Position numbers and translations under genes: made by a program | NCBI GenBank assembly: GCA_964057225.1 | Contig: OZ059895.1 | Location: forward strand, 3,534,001 to 3,598,000 | Reading direction: 5' to 3' | DNA length: 64,000 nucleotides | Origin: Auanema rhodensis | Lineage: Eukaryota; Animalia; Nematoda | Notes under the pieces: generated by a model | The model's input: only the letters and a program-made list of their open reading frames with translations | The model's database searches: none | Told to the model about the DNA's origin: nothing | Shown: piece after piece, positions 43,997 to 52,933 of the stretch | Numbering within the stretch: position 1 is the first letter of the stretch | How the letters are laid out: each line of letters opens with the position of its first letter

Positions 43997-44023
43997 TATA
44001 TATATATATATTTTTTTTTTTTT
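43997..44023. repeat. (TA)7 plus T13 microsatellite in the element 3' UTR
   Basis: Read directly from the sequence. Confidence 0.85.
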
Positions 44024-44173
44024 CGATGTGCTTGAAACATGACTGCTCATTAAGTTATAGCTTACTGCTCATCTATCTGTTGTTTGTGTTGGTAAAATTA
44101 ATTTTTAGCTCTAGTTTCCTTAAAACGATTTTTATGCAAAATGTTTAACAAGAGTATAATCAATGTGGTTGTT

Positions 44174-47100
44174 TTATCTTCTTCTTGATGGTATCCAATT
44201 ATGATCTGATGGGTCTTCTGAGTCAATTTCGGTGTCTAATTCTTCGTTATTGTTTCCGTGTATAACTTCGATAATTTCGATGTCACTGTCGTCATCTGAG
44301 TCGCTGTTTCTAGCTTTGGAGCGAGTGTTGTGCGCTGCTCCACATGTTGCACTTCGATTGAAAAGTTTCAAGTTGTCTTTGTGTATATCTTGGAGTTTTC
44401 CAAAAGGATTCTTGATTTGTACCATTGATCCTTTTACTTTGATGACCTCAAAAGGTCCATCATAACATTTCCTCAGCTTTTGACCTATTTTATGTGACTT
44501 AATGGTCAACATAACTTGGTCTCCTTCACTGATGTCTCTTTCTTCAATTCGTTGTCTTGAATCGTGTTTCTTCTTTGCTTGTTGCTGATGTTTTTCCAAG
44601 TTATCTTGAATGATAGATTTTCTTTCTTGACGAAGTTGTTCCATGTTTTCTATATCAATGGATATTGTTCCTGATTCCGGTGTTTCAGGTGATAATTCTT
44701 TATCGAGTCTCATACGACTTTCTTTTCCGAATAAAGCTATATATGGTGATATTCCTGTTGTTGAGTGTGTTGTGGTGTTTAACGCAAAGGTGACTTTTGG
44801 CAAAAATAAGTCCCAATCAGTAACTTCTTCGTTCAAATAATGTGTTAATCCTTCTTCTAACGTCCTATGTAGTCTTTCCACTTGTCCGTTAGAGTTCTTC
44901 TGATGCGGGAGTGTTGGTTCATGTTTTATGCCGAGTTTATCACACATATTTTCGAATTTCTTTGATACAAAATTGGAACCTCGATCTGTTATTAGTCGAT
45001 TTGGAGGTCCATAAATGTATACAAAATTTCTGAGGAATCTGTCGATGACAACGTCCGTAACTATTGTAGGTATAGCAATAGTTGTCGCCCATTTGGAAAA
45101 AGAGTCCTGGATTGTAAGAACGTAGTTGTTGTTTCTTTTTGATGTTGGGAAGGGTCCCATGATATCCATATGTATTCTCTCAAATGGTTTAGATGGTATT
45201 TCGAATTGACCCATTGGCTGAACGGTCATAGCATGAGGGTCTTTCTTTCTTTGTGCGCATTTAACGCATTGTTTCACAAAAATTGCTATGTCCGTTTGCA
45301 TATTTGTCCAGAAGAATCTTCGTAATATGGCTTCTTTAGTTTTATTAATTCCTTGATGTGCCCCGATTGCTGGGTCTTCATGAAATTCTTCGATGATCTT
45401 GCTGATCAGTTCGCTCTCTCGTGGTAAAACTAAGGCTGGGTGTGGTCTTTTCGTGCTCGGTTTTGTGTACAGCATGTTATCAATTACACAATAACGATCA
45501 TTGGAGAGCATGTTTTTCTTTGTTCTGTATTCAATTTCGGCAATTGTCTTTTTGATCCAAGGTGTATTGCTTTGTATTTGTTTAATGTCTGGTATGTTAA
45601 CAAAGTTAACCTGAGCAAGTTGAGGCTCTTTAACTTTCTTTTTCTTTTCTGGCTTTGGATCATTAGTTTCGTCTCCAATGTATCGTGAAAGAGCGTCACA
45701 GACTTTGTTTAGTCTACCTTCACGATATCTGATCTCAATGTTGTATTCCTGTATTACTAATTGAAATTTTGCTAGTCTTCCAAACAAATCTCTTCGTGTC
45801 ATTAAGCTTGTTAATGGTCGGTGATCCGTAATGCATATTGCGTGTGATCCAAGTATATAAGTCCGAAACTGAGCAAGCGCGTATACTAATCCTAGGGCTT
45901 CGATCTCAATAGGAGGATAGTTTCGTTCGGCTTTAACTAATTTTCTACTTGCAAAAGCAATAGGATGTAAGTTTTTCAAAGGTTCATTCGGATCTTCAGG
46001 TTGTAACAGTACTGCTCCGATGGCTATATTGCTGCCATCGCTTTCAATTATGAAAGTACGATCTGCTCTTGGTGGTTTCAGTACTGGTGCTTCCATTAAT
46101 CTTTTCTTTAATTTTTCTAGCGCTTGTTGGCACTGATCTGACCATTTGAAATCTGTGTCCAGTTTTGTGAGATCATATAGAGGGCTTGCGATGTGAGCAA
46201 AGTCTTTAATGAATTTCCGAAAGAATCCTACCATTCCCAAAAATGCTCTAACTCCCGTAGGTGACTGTGGAGCAGGATAGTCTTGGATGGCGGAAACTTT
46301 CTTTGGATCAGGCTTAACTCCATCTCTTCCAACAATTAACCCAAGAAATTTGACTTCTGGTCTAGCAAATGAGCATTTCTTGAGCTTTATCTTCAATCCT
46401 AGTTCTTCAATTCTTTCGAGTACTTCTTCAATATCATATATGTGTTGTTCTGCATTATCTGATATAACAAGTAGATCGTCTAAGTAAACGAATAGTCTGC
46501 ATTTGCATCTGCTTTGAAGGTATCGTACCGCAGTTTGGAAGGTATGTGGAGCGCCACATAATCCCATAGGCATCCTTCTGTATTGATACGTTCCCGTATT
46601 TGTTGTGAAGGCTGTTAAGGATCGGTCTGATTTCTTTAATGGTATTTGGAAAAATCCCGAAACTAAATCAAAATTGGAAAAATATTTTGATCCAGCTGCC
46701 ATATCAATAATGTCGGAGATATTAGGAATTACATATGTTTGCTTCCGTGTAACGTTGTTTAAGGCGCGGAAATCAGTTACAAAACGAAATGTATCGTCCT
46801 TTTTCCTCACTAATACGACAGGACTATTGAACAGTGATGTTGATGGTTCGATTATTCCTTGTTGAAGCATTTCCTGTACTTGTCTTTCAATTTCCTCTTG
46901 TTTCCCTAAGGGTATACGAGTGATCCTAGGTTTAGGCATATCCATGTCAGTTCTTAATGGTATGCTGTGTTCTACAGGGCCTTTGAACAGTCCTATATTT
47001 TTGTCTTCATTGAGGAAAGCCTTTTTTCGTCTGCGAATTATAGAACGTAAATGATCTTTAAGATTTTGTGTAAGATCGGCATCTTTTAGATCAAGTTCTT

Positions 47101-50100
47101 TCATAAAATCAGTTGGAAAAGTAGGTAATTTACTTTCCCAATCAGCTTCAGGTGGAATATAGTCTTGTTTTTGATCAGTTGTGAAGATTTCATAGTCAGG
47201 CATGATTCCTATCTCAGCTTTAGTAATTACGTGTCCTGATGGTAATTCAATAAATTTGTTGGAGTTGTTTTTGAACGTGATATCAATGGAATTAACATCG
47301 CGAAATGCTGTATGGTATTTGGGTGTTAACATATTGTTATTATCTATCGAGAGCATCGCGAAAGAATCGTCTCTGATGGGTTTTTCTAATTGAACTTGTA
47401 GTGTACAAGTTTCGTTTGGAAGCATATCTCGCTGTTTTAAGTTAATCAGATTGACAGTTGTTGATGTTTTGCTGAGTCTTCCGTCAATTCCATTAGCTAA
47501 CCGTACTACGCGGTTTCCAATTTCTAGTGTCCTTTTGTATGGTCTAAGTTTCATGCCAATGTTTTGACTGTCAAGTGTCTTCATGAAATCTAATCCAATT
47601 AATGCTGGTGAAGGGCAGTCTTCATCGTTGGATATATAGAATGTATGATCGATTTCATATCCGGCAATTTCGACGGTTAGATCTATTGTACCGATGAATC
47701 GAAATTCTGATCCGTTTGCTGTTGTAGCACTTGATTTATTGTTCTTTACAAAGTCGTTTAAAGTCAAGTAATGTAGTGTTGATACTCTGATATAACTGAT
47801 AGATGATCCTGAATCCCATAAGGTGAGGACTAATCTGTCATTAACAGTCATCCATAATAGTGGTAAAGATTGATCTTTCCTTTTTGAAATTGAACAAACC
47901 AATGGTATTGCAATTGGTATATACGTCAGTATTGATGGGTAGTATTGCTTCATTATGTTTCTTGGAATGGGTTGATCAGGTTGAGTAACTAGCTCTAAGG
48001 TTTCTTCGTATGTAGGTGGGTTACTATTTCGATCCTTCAGTTCAATGTGCATGACTGGTATCGGAATTGATTTGAGGAAGTAGACCTTGATGATAAATGC
48101 TAGTATGATCACAATTATTATAACAGATGTGATTGCACCAATTGTAATTAGTGTTCGTTCGATTGTCCCTACCATCGTATCAATGAATGAATTCCAAGTG
48201 TTTTTTGTGAATTCGTGTGCTTTAGATATGTAGTCACTACTCTTCTTTAAAACACTATAAGCGGCTGATATTTTAGGATCATTGTGAATTGTATGAAGTA
48301 CATGATTTTGACGGATTGACGCTAAACTAGCACCATAAGCAATGGCTGTGGTCATGGAGTATACACGTGATGTTAAATTAGTGTAAAGGTGTGCTCCAGT
48401 GAATTTTAATGGTGTGATCTTTTCGTGATGCAGTCCATCTCCCATGGATATGAGACTGACATCTACTGTGCCATTGATTCCTTTCCATTCACCGTCTGCT
48501 GACCATACGTCTGTTGGTACGTGATCACAATTGATTTCTTTTCCGTGGGGTAGAAGATCTTTTGATCCTGGTGCTGCGAATAGTAATTGGCCTTCTTCGG
48601 TTAAAATTGGCGTTTCGAGATAACATGTATTGTTTACCGTGTGATTGTGATAAATAGTTTTTGTGAAAACTGTTGGGCAAACATGTACGTGTAATATCTC
48701 ACTTCCAACGAAACGAGCTGCTATGTCTTCTCTTCCAAGGATAGTACGCATAGCGATTGTTGGTTCGATTTGTAAAATTGATCGCCATAGCTCTAGATAT
48801 CTATTTTGGATCTCACATATTGATTCGTATGACTCTTTGAAATGTTTCTGTAGCTCGCTTTGAATCATTGTTGTGGCGTATTGCAAATGATCTTGTGCAA
48901 TCTTGCTCGTAATGTTTTGGCGATACTGTTCTTCCGAGTCAATTTTCGAAGCTATGTAATGAGCTTGAGCCTGAACAGACTGTATTTCTTTTGCTGTTGG
49001 TGTTGATGAAGCTCTCTGTTTCCGAATCAATGTCGTGGGTAAGTATGTTATTTCGTCCATTATTGGAATTTGTTGATCTTTATAAGTGGCGTAGAGCTTT
49101 GTTGATGTTGGCGCCTGGGTAGTCGATATTGTCGCGCGTGCGGTAGTTGTTGCGGTTGTGTAGCTCTCTGTTATTTTCGGCTCGGCTGTCGACGATGGCG
49201 CGCGCGCGGTAGTCGCTGCGGTTGCTTGAGGGCTTGTTATTGCATGCGGCTGCATTGCGGGATCTGATTCGATGGTCGTCTTCCGATCGATTATGGGTTG
49301 GGCTGATGTTGCTGCCGCGCCGCCTGCAGCGACGCTCGGCGTACGCGTCGTGGTTTGCAGCGATTCAAGCTCGAGTTTCTCTGCCATTAGTCTCCTTAGG
49401 TGTTCTGGTGATATTCTACTTGAAGTATAAGGCAATTTCTTTTCAGCAAGTAGTGGCAAGAAAATTTTCAATAATAAATCTTTAGAGATTTTACTAGGCT
49501 TGATGAGCTTAGGGTGTGGACCGATTGGTATTCCAAAATTATTTTTGATATCGTAAAACAGTTTATCAGTATTTTGTACAAACATTCGTGATGCAGGAAG
49601 ATTAATAAATTTCATCTCATCAATGTCTGCTGCTGTTTTGTTTTTCCTAATTTTTATGAGAGTTTTAAGTTCGGTTACAAGATTAATTGTTTCTTGTATG
49701 AATTCGCTCTTTTGTGCTTCTTCATTTGTTAGTATCTTTTGTCGTATCGGTGGTAATTTCACAAAAGATTGTAACACTTCTTGTCTAGATGGAACAGTGA
49801 GGTTTTCTTCGATTATGACTGGGGTATTAGCTAAATCAAGCGCAATACTTTCAGTTCTTTCACGGTAAGTGCCTTCTTTGGTATGAAGAATGCGATCGAA
49901 TTCAATAACAGTTAACCGATCAGATATTTGTTGAAGTAATTGTTTGGGTGTTAGATAAGATATTCCTGTCTTTGTTGCTAACGCCAGTTCTCTTTGTGCA
50001 ACATATTGTAGGATTGCTTCATCTTTATCGCGAAAATCGTATTGTTTAAGAAAATGTCTTAAGGATTTATCATAAATTTGGATTTTAAAGAAAAATTCAA

Positions 50101-52843
50101 ATTTCTCGCGATTAGCAGTTATCCATTCCTTTAAAGAGTACGTGGGATCTGCCATTCGTCTTCCTTTGATTAAAGAGATAATCTGCGTAATGCCCGGATT
50201 GCTCATAATTGGTCTCAAAAAGGCATATGGGCATATGTGAAGCGTATGAGTCTCAAAATCTTCAACTTCCATTACTCTATCTTGGTCTAAAGGGAATGAA
50301 CATCCTGTAGCGATTGCGCGTTTTTGTCTTTTAAACGGCAATTTTCTAAACTCTCTTTCTACGAGGATAGTAATGTTATTGTCATTTGGAAATTTGGGGA
50401 GTATGATGTAGTTCCCCGATGTTGTGTGAAATGCTGGTTGTCTAAAACACGAAGCGATAGGTTTTGGGGTTGGTTTGTTCGAAAGGATAAGAGCAGATTG
50501 TGTGCTCGGAATTAGGATAGTATCGCCGCTAATGATGGCTTCATATGTGTGCATATCTATGTAATTGCAACGGGAATCCGTAGTTTGTGGATCCCAAATA
50601 ATTATTGATGTGTTTGATTTGCAGTTACCATGATGCGCACTGCACCCTTCAGTGTTTAGTAGTAAGTTTGAAAGGATGGTATCGTCTGGCATGCGGGTCA
50701 TAACACCCCGCTCCAGTACTAAACGCGACCGCTCCTCGCACTCGTCGCGGCTAAACGCTCGCGCCGGATCGAAGGAGGGTTCAGGGGTTGCTTGGGCAAT
50801 ACTATCGATTCTTTCTAGTTCCATATTATTCCACTTTCGATCGCGAATTGCCTGCCTGCATGACTGCACGCTTATAGGCTCTATCCTATCGATTGTTTTG
50901 TTGCTGTCGCGAAGGAATAATAAATCGCGTACACACAGCCTGTGCACTTCCTTCGAGCAGCGCCACGCGTCCCACTCGTGGGCTGTGTGATTGCGAGTGT
51001 ATAGATGGACTTGTGTTTGGATCACGTGGTTTGCTTCGGTTAATTTGCATTTCTTTAATGTTGGAGGCATGAGTAGTGCTCCCCCTGTTGCTTTTGTGCA
51101 TGCTTGGTAGCTTGACGCACAAGGTAGCAGTATTGCTGCTGCTAATGCCATTACAACAGTTAATGAGAGTGGTGAAAGAGAGATGGAGTTAACTCTTGAA
51201 GAGCTCCTATCTCTTCCTCTCGATTGGTTTCTTCGTTCTTTAAATTGTACTCGCCTTTGTCCATTTCTTCCTCCTTGATTGTTATATCGAGGATTATAAT
51301 TATTTTGGTACCAATTAGTACCATTATTGCTGTTTTGACGCTCGTTATTTCTTCCAAAATTATTTGGACGGCGATTATTTCCAAAATTATTATTACGTTG
51401 TTGGAAATTGTTATAATTTGAACGGTTTTTATTTGTTTGATAATTTTGATAATTTTGATAATTTTGATTACCGCGCTGGTAACTTCGGTCAAAAGTTCTG
51501 TTATCTCTTCTCTCTTTATTGCGCGTAAAGGGAGCTAGTGCTTGGTTAACTGCATTCACTAGCATCGCCTGAGTGTCTGCCGTCTGGTTCAATATTGATT
51601 CTTCCCAGCGAGCAGCCTCAATCGCCTCAGCAAAGGTTTTGGGCCTTGCTCGGATCACTCCTGCCTTCAGAGTATTTTTAAGTCCTCTCAGGAAGGTTGA
51701 TCTTAGTATGTGATCCTTATGTGGGTCATCACTGGCAAAAGCACTAAGGCTTATTGTTCGCAAAGCCTGAGCAAAGGCATCAATCGAAAGATCCCCTTGA
51801 CTAGTGTTTTGAAGGCTGATCAGTGCTGGGTCCTGATTATATTCAGGACAGAGCTTTGATGTTAAAGCTGCTAACAAATCGTTCCATGAACCCGATGTTT
51901 TAAGGTGTTCAGGAGTTTGTTTGTATGCTTCTTCTGCCGCATCATTTTTAAGAAGCAACGGCAGAAGAGTCAACCTTTCAGGTATCACTAGGCCAAGTGC
52001 ATTAGCGAAGACATTAAATTTCGCGGTAAAGTCGCGGAAATTGCGGCTACCGTCATAAACAGGGCAGTAGGGTGATGTTAAAACTTGGGCAATTGTTGTT
52101 TTCCCCGCTCCGGGTAAATTGGTTGCGGGCTCGGTCATTTTTTTCGGAACAGCTATTACTGTATGTGCAGATCTTGAACTTCCTGACGTAGGAGTAATGT
52201 GCTCTGTTTGGTTATATTGGTTAGGTGTCGTCAATTCGTCTAATCTTGGACTATTGAGAATTGGGGTTGATGTTTGTGGGTTATTTTTCAAAAGTTTTCT
52301 TTGCTCCGGTGAGGTGATTGGAGATAACGTATAGCGCGTGTATGTATTGGGTATTGTAGCAAGTCGCTGTGCTCGGCTAGATTTTGGGTTTGGGTCTTTG
52401 GGTGAGCGATTCAATAAATCAACGACTTTGTTTTTGAGAGATTGTAAGCCTGTTGTTGAAGGTGAACCAGTAGGTTCTTGACTTGAGAGAGAGAGAGAGA
52501 TATCAGAATTATTTAGATTTTTATTATTTTTATTTTTATGTATATTGGAAGAGCGTACCTTTTCTTTCGTAGTGGTGTTCGGTGTCTGTTCGTCTATCAC
52601 CAAGGGTCGCTCGTCGTCTCCAGATGGTATATAGTCCGGATCACTAGAACGTTCTGAAGGAGAAAACGTACCTGCACGGGGCGTGTAAAATTTTTCCACG
52701 TTAGGCTTCTCCTCTGCTGTGTCTTCGTTGATAATGGCGACACTTTGCGCGCGAGTTCGGCTTCTGGTTACTGGAGCTGAGTCGCGGGGATCCGGGTTGG
52801 AGTGCGTACTGAGAGGTACTGCTGAGTTATACCTTCTCTCCAC
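44174..52843 (-). CDS. Gag-Env-Pol polyprotein in a single frame (2889 aa from a GTG; first in-frame ATG at 52138, so the true start is uncertain)
   Basis: Uninterrupted 8.7-kb ORF containing capsid-like, glycoprotein, DSG protease, YLDD RT, RNase H and HHCC/DDE integrase motifs. Confidence 0.95.
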   Translation of the reverse strand: MERRYNSAVPLSTHSNPDPRDSAPVTRSRTRAQSVAIINEDTAEEKPNVEKFYTPRAGTFSPSERSSDPDYIPSGDDERPLVIDEQTPNTTTKEKVRSSNIHKNKNNKNLNNSDISLSLSSQEPTGSPSTTGLQSLKNKVVDLLNRSPKDPNPKSSRAQRLATIPNTYTRYTLSPITSPEQRKLLKNNPQTSTPILNSPRLDELTTPNQYNQTEHITPTSGSSRSAHTVIAVPKKMTEPATNLPGAGKTTIAQVLTSPYCPVYDGSRNFRDFTAKFNVFANALGLVIPERLTLLPLLLKNDAAEEAYKQTPEHLKTSGSWNDLLAALTSKLCPEYNQDPALISLQNTSQGDLSIDAFAQALRTISLSAFASDDPHKDHILRSTFLRGLKNTLKAGVIRARPKTFAEAIEAARWEESILNQTADTQAMLVNAVNQALAPFTRNKERRDNRTFDRSYQRGNQNYQNYQNYQTNKNRSNYNNFQQRNNNFGNNRRPNNFGRNNERQNSNNGTNWYQNNYNPRYNNQGGRNGQRRVQFKERRNQSRGRDRSSSRVNSISLSPLSLTVVMALAAAILLPCASSYQACTKATGGALLMPPTLKKCKLTEANHVIQTQVHLYTRNHTAHEWDAWRCSKEVHRLCVRDLLFLRDSNKTIDRIEPISVQSCRQAIRDRKWNNMELERIDSIAQATPEPSFDPARAFSRDECEERSRLVLERGVMTRMPDDTILSNLLLNTEGCSAHHGNCKSNTSIIIWDPQTTDSRCNYIDMHTYEAIISGDTILIPSTQSALILSNKPTPKPIASCFRQPAFHTTSGNYIILPKFPNDNNITILVEREFRKLPFKRQKRAIATGCSFPLDQDRVMEVEDFETHTLHICPYAFLRPIMSNPGITQIISLIKGRRMADPTYSLKEWITANREKFEFFFKIQIYDKSLRHFLKQYDFRDKDEAILQYVAQRELALATKTGISYLTPKQLLQQISDRLTVIEFDRILHTKEGTYRERTESIALDLANTPVIIEENLTVPSRQEVLQSFVKLPPIRQKILTNEEAQKSEFIQETINLVTELKTLIKIRKNKTAADIDEMKFINLPASRMFVQNTDKLFYDIKNNFGIPIGPHPKLIKPSKISKDLLLKIFLPLLAEKKLPYTSSRISPEHLRRLMAEKLELESLQTTTRTPSVAAGGAAATSAQPIIDRKTTIESDPAMQPHAITSPQATAATTARAPSSTAEPKITESYTTATTTARATISTTQAPTSTKLYATYKDQQIPIMDEITYLPTTLIRKQRASSTPTAKEIQSVQAQAHYIASKIDSEEQYRQNITSKIAQDHLQYATTMIQSELQKHFKESYESICEIQNRYLELWRSILQIEPTIAMRTILGREDIAARFVGSEILHVHVCPTVFTKTIYHNHTVNNTCYLETPILTEEGQLLFAAPGSKDLLPHGKEINCDHVPTDVWSADGEWKGINGTVDVSLISMGDGLHHEKITPLKFTGAHLYTNLTSRVYSMTTAIAYGASLASIRQNHVLHTIHNDPKISAAYSVLKKSSDYISKAHEFTKNTWNSFIDTMVGTIERTLITIGAITSVIIIVIILAFIIKVYFLKSIPIPVMHIELKDRNSNPPTYEETLELVTQPDQPIPRNIMKQYYPSILTYIPIAIPLVCSISKRKDQSLPLLWMTVNDRLVLTLWDSGSSISYIRVSTLHYLTLNDFVKNNKSSATTANGSEFRFIGTIDLTVEIAGYEIDHTFYISNDEDCPSPALIGLDFMKTLDSQNIGMKLRPYKRTLEIGNRVVRLANGIDGRLSKTSTTVNLINLKQRDMLPNETCTLQVQLEKPIRDDSFAMLSIDNNNMLTPKYHTAFRDVNSIDITFKNNSNKFIELPSGHVITKAEIGIMPDYEIFTTDQKQDYIPPEADWESKLPTFPTDFMKELDLKDADLTQNLKDHLRSIIRRRKKAFLNEDKNIGLFKGPVEHSIPLRTDMDMPKPRITRIPLGKQEEIERQVQEMLQQGIIEPSTSLFNSPVVLVRKKDDTFRFVTDFRALNNVTRKQTYVIPNISDIIDMAAGSKYFSNFDLVSGFFQIPLKKSDRSLTAFTTNTGTYQYRRMPMGLCGAPHTFQTAVRYLQSRCKCRLFVYLDDLLVISDNAEQHIYDIEEVLERIEELGLKIKLKKCSFARPEVKFLGLIVGRDGVKPDPKKVSAIQDYPAPQSPTGVRAFLGMVGFFRKFIKDFAHIASPLYDLTKLDTDFKWSDQCQQALEKLKKRLMEAPVLKPPRADRTFIIESDGSNIAIGAVLLQPEDPNEPLKNLHPIAFASRKLVKAERNYPPIEIEALGLVYALAQFRTYILGSHAICITDHRPLTSLMTRRDLFGRLAKFQLVIQEYNIEIRYREGRLNKVCDALSRYIGDETNDPKPEKKKKVKEPQLAQVNFVNIPDIKQIQSNTPWIKKTIAEIEYRTKKNMLSNDRYCVIDNMLYTKPSTKRPHPALVLPRESELISKIIEEFHEDPAIGAHQGINKTKEAILRRFFWTNMQTDIAIFVKQCVKCAQRKKDPHAMTVQPMGQFEIPSKPFERIHMDIMGPFPTSKRNNNYVLTIQDSFSKWATTIAIPTIVTDVVIDRFLRNFVYIYGPPNRLITDRGSNFVSKKFENMCDKLGIKHEPTLPHQKNSNGQVERLHRTLEEGLTHYLNEEVTDWDLFLPKVTFALNTTTHSTTGISPYIALFGKESRMRLDKELSPETPESGTISIDIENMEQLRQERKSIIQDNLEKHQQQAKKKHDSRQRIEERDISEGDQVMLTIKSHKIGQKLRKCYDGPFEVIKVKGSMVQIKNPFGKLQDIHKDNLKLFNRSATCGAAHNTRSKARNSDSDDDSDIEIIEVIHGNNNEELDTEIDSEDPSDHNWIPSRRR
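44400..45400 (-). other. Integrase domain (HHCC zinc finger, DDE core, GPY/F motif); boundaries approximate
   Basis: HEDPAIGAHQG...CVKC; IHMDIMGPF; TDRGSNF; NGQVERLH; YDGPFEV. Confidence 0.95.
45680..46060 (-). other. RNase H domain; boundaries approximate
   Basis: FIIESDGS...IGAVLLQ; AFASRKL..AERNY..IEIEAL; TDHRPL; CDALSR. Confidence 0.95.
46280..47050 (-). other. Reverse transcriptase domain (Ty3/Gypsy type); boundaries approximate
   Basis: SPVVLVRKKD..RFVTDFRALN; FDLVSGFFQI; MPMGLCGAP; YLDD at 46475-46486; VKFLG. Confidence 0.97.
47560..47870 (-). other. Retropepsin-type aspartic protease; boundaries approximate
   Basis: LWDSGSSISYI (DSG at 47807-47815), flap TANGS, C-terminal LIGLDFM. 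Confidence 0.92.
48074..51184 (-). other. Envelope glycoprotein region: signal peptide, Cys-rich ectodomain, furin site, mucin-like segment, gB-like core helix, TM anchor
   Basis: Signal SLTVVMALAAAILLPCASS|YQAC; KRQKR at 50318-50332; about 10 N-X-S/T sequons; HLQY...ICEIQNRYLELWRSILQIEPTIAMRTILGREDIAARFVG...VC...CYLETP; TM TLITIGAITSVIIIVIILAFIIKVYFL. Confidence 0.88.
51190..52138 (-). other. Gag: capsid-like domain (about 51590-52070) followed by an N/Q/R-rich low-complexity tail with no zinc knuckle
   Basis: PVYDGS..F..F..KF; W..L..AL; QGDLSIDAFAQALR; FLRGL; PKTFAEAIEAARWEE, all typical retrotransposon Gag motifs. Confidence 0.85.
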
Positions 52844-52933
52844 CTTGTTAGGACTCTTGGTTTGAAAAAACCTCGAGTGTCTGATTACGTGTGGGATGAT
52901 GGAATTTGAACGTAATTGGGTGGGTATGTACGT

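Noticed and set aside
43440-44173. Conventional env ORF after pol
   Set aside because: The 734-bp 3' region is AT-rich with no minus-strand ORF in the track.
44174-47050. BEL/Pao or Ty1/Copia classification
   Set aside because: IN follows RH, so it is not Copia. The RT/RH motifs and the GPF motif are Ty3/Gypsy-like, and there is no triple zinc knuckle as in BEL/Pao.
48074-51184. Env region as a nested second transposon or misassembly
   Set aside because: It is in frame on both sides, I saw no terminal repeats or TSD, the signal-to-TM topology is coherent, and it is flanked by the same VxxI-type boundary motifs as the other domains.
44232-52334. Short + strand and alternate-frame ORFs overlapping the polyprotein
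   Set aside because: They are 63-112 aa shadows of the long ORF, many with non-ATG starts and no recognisable motifs.
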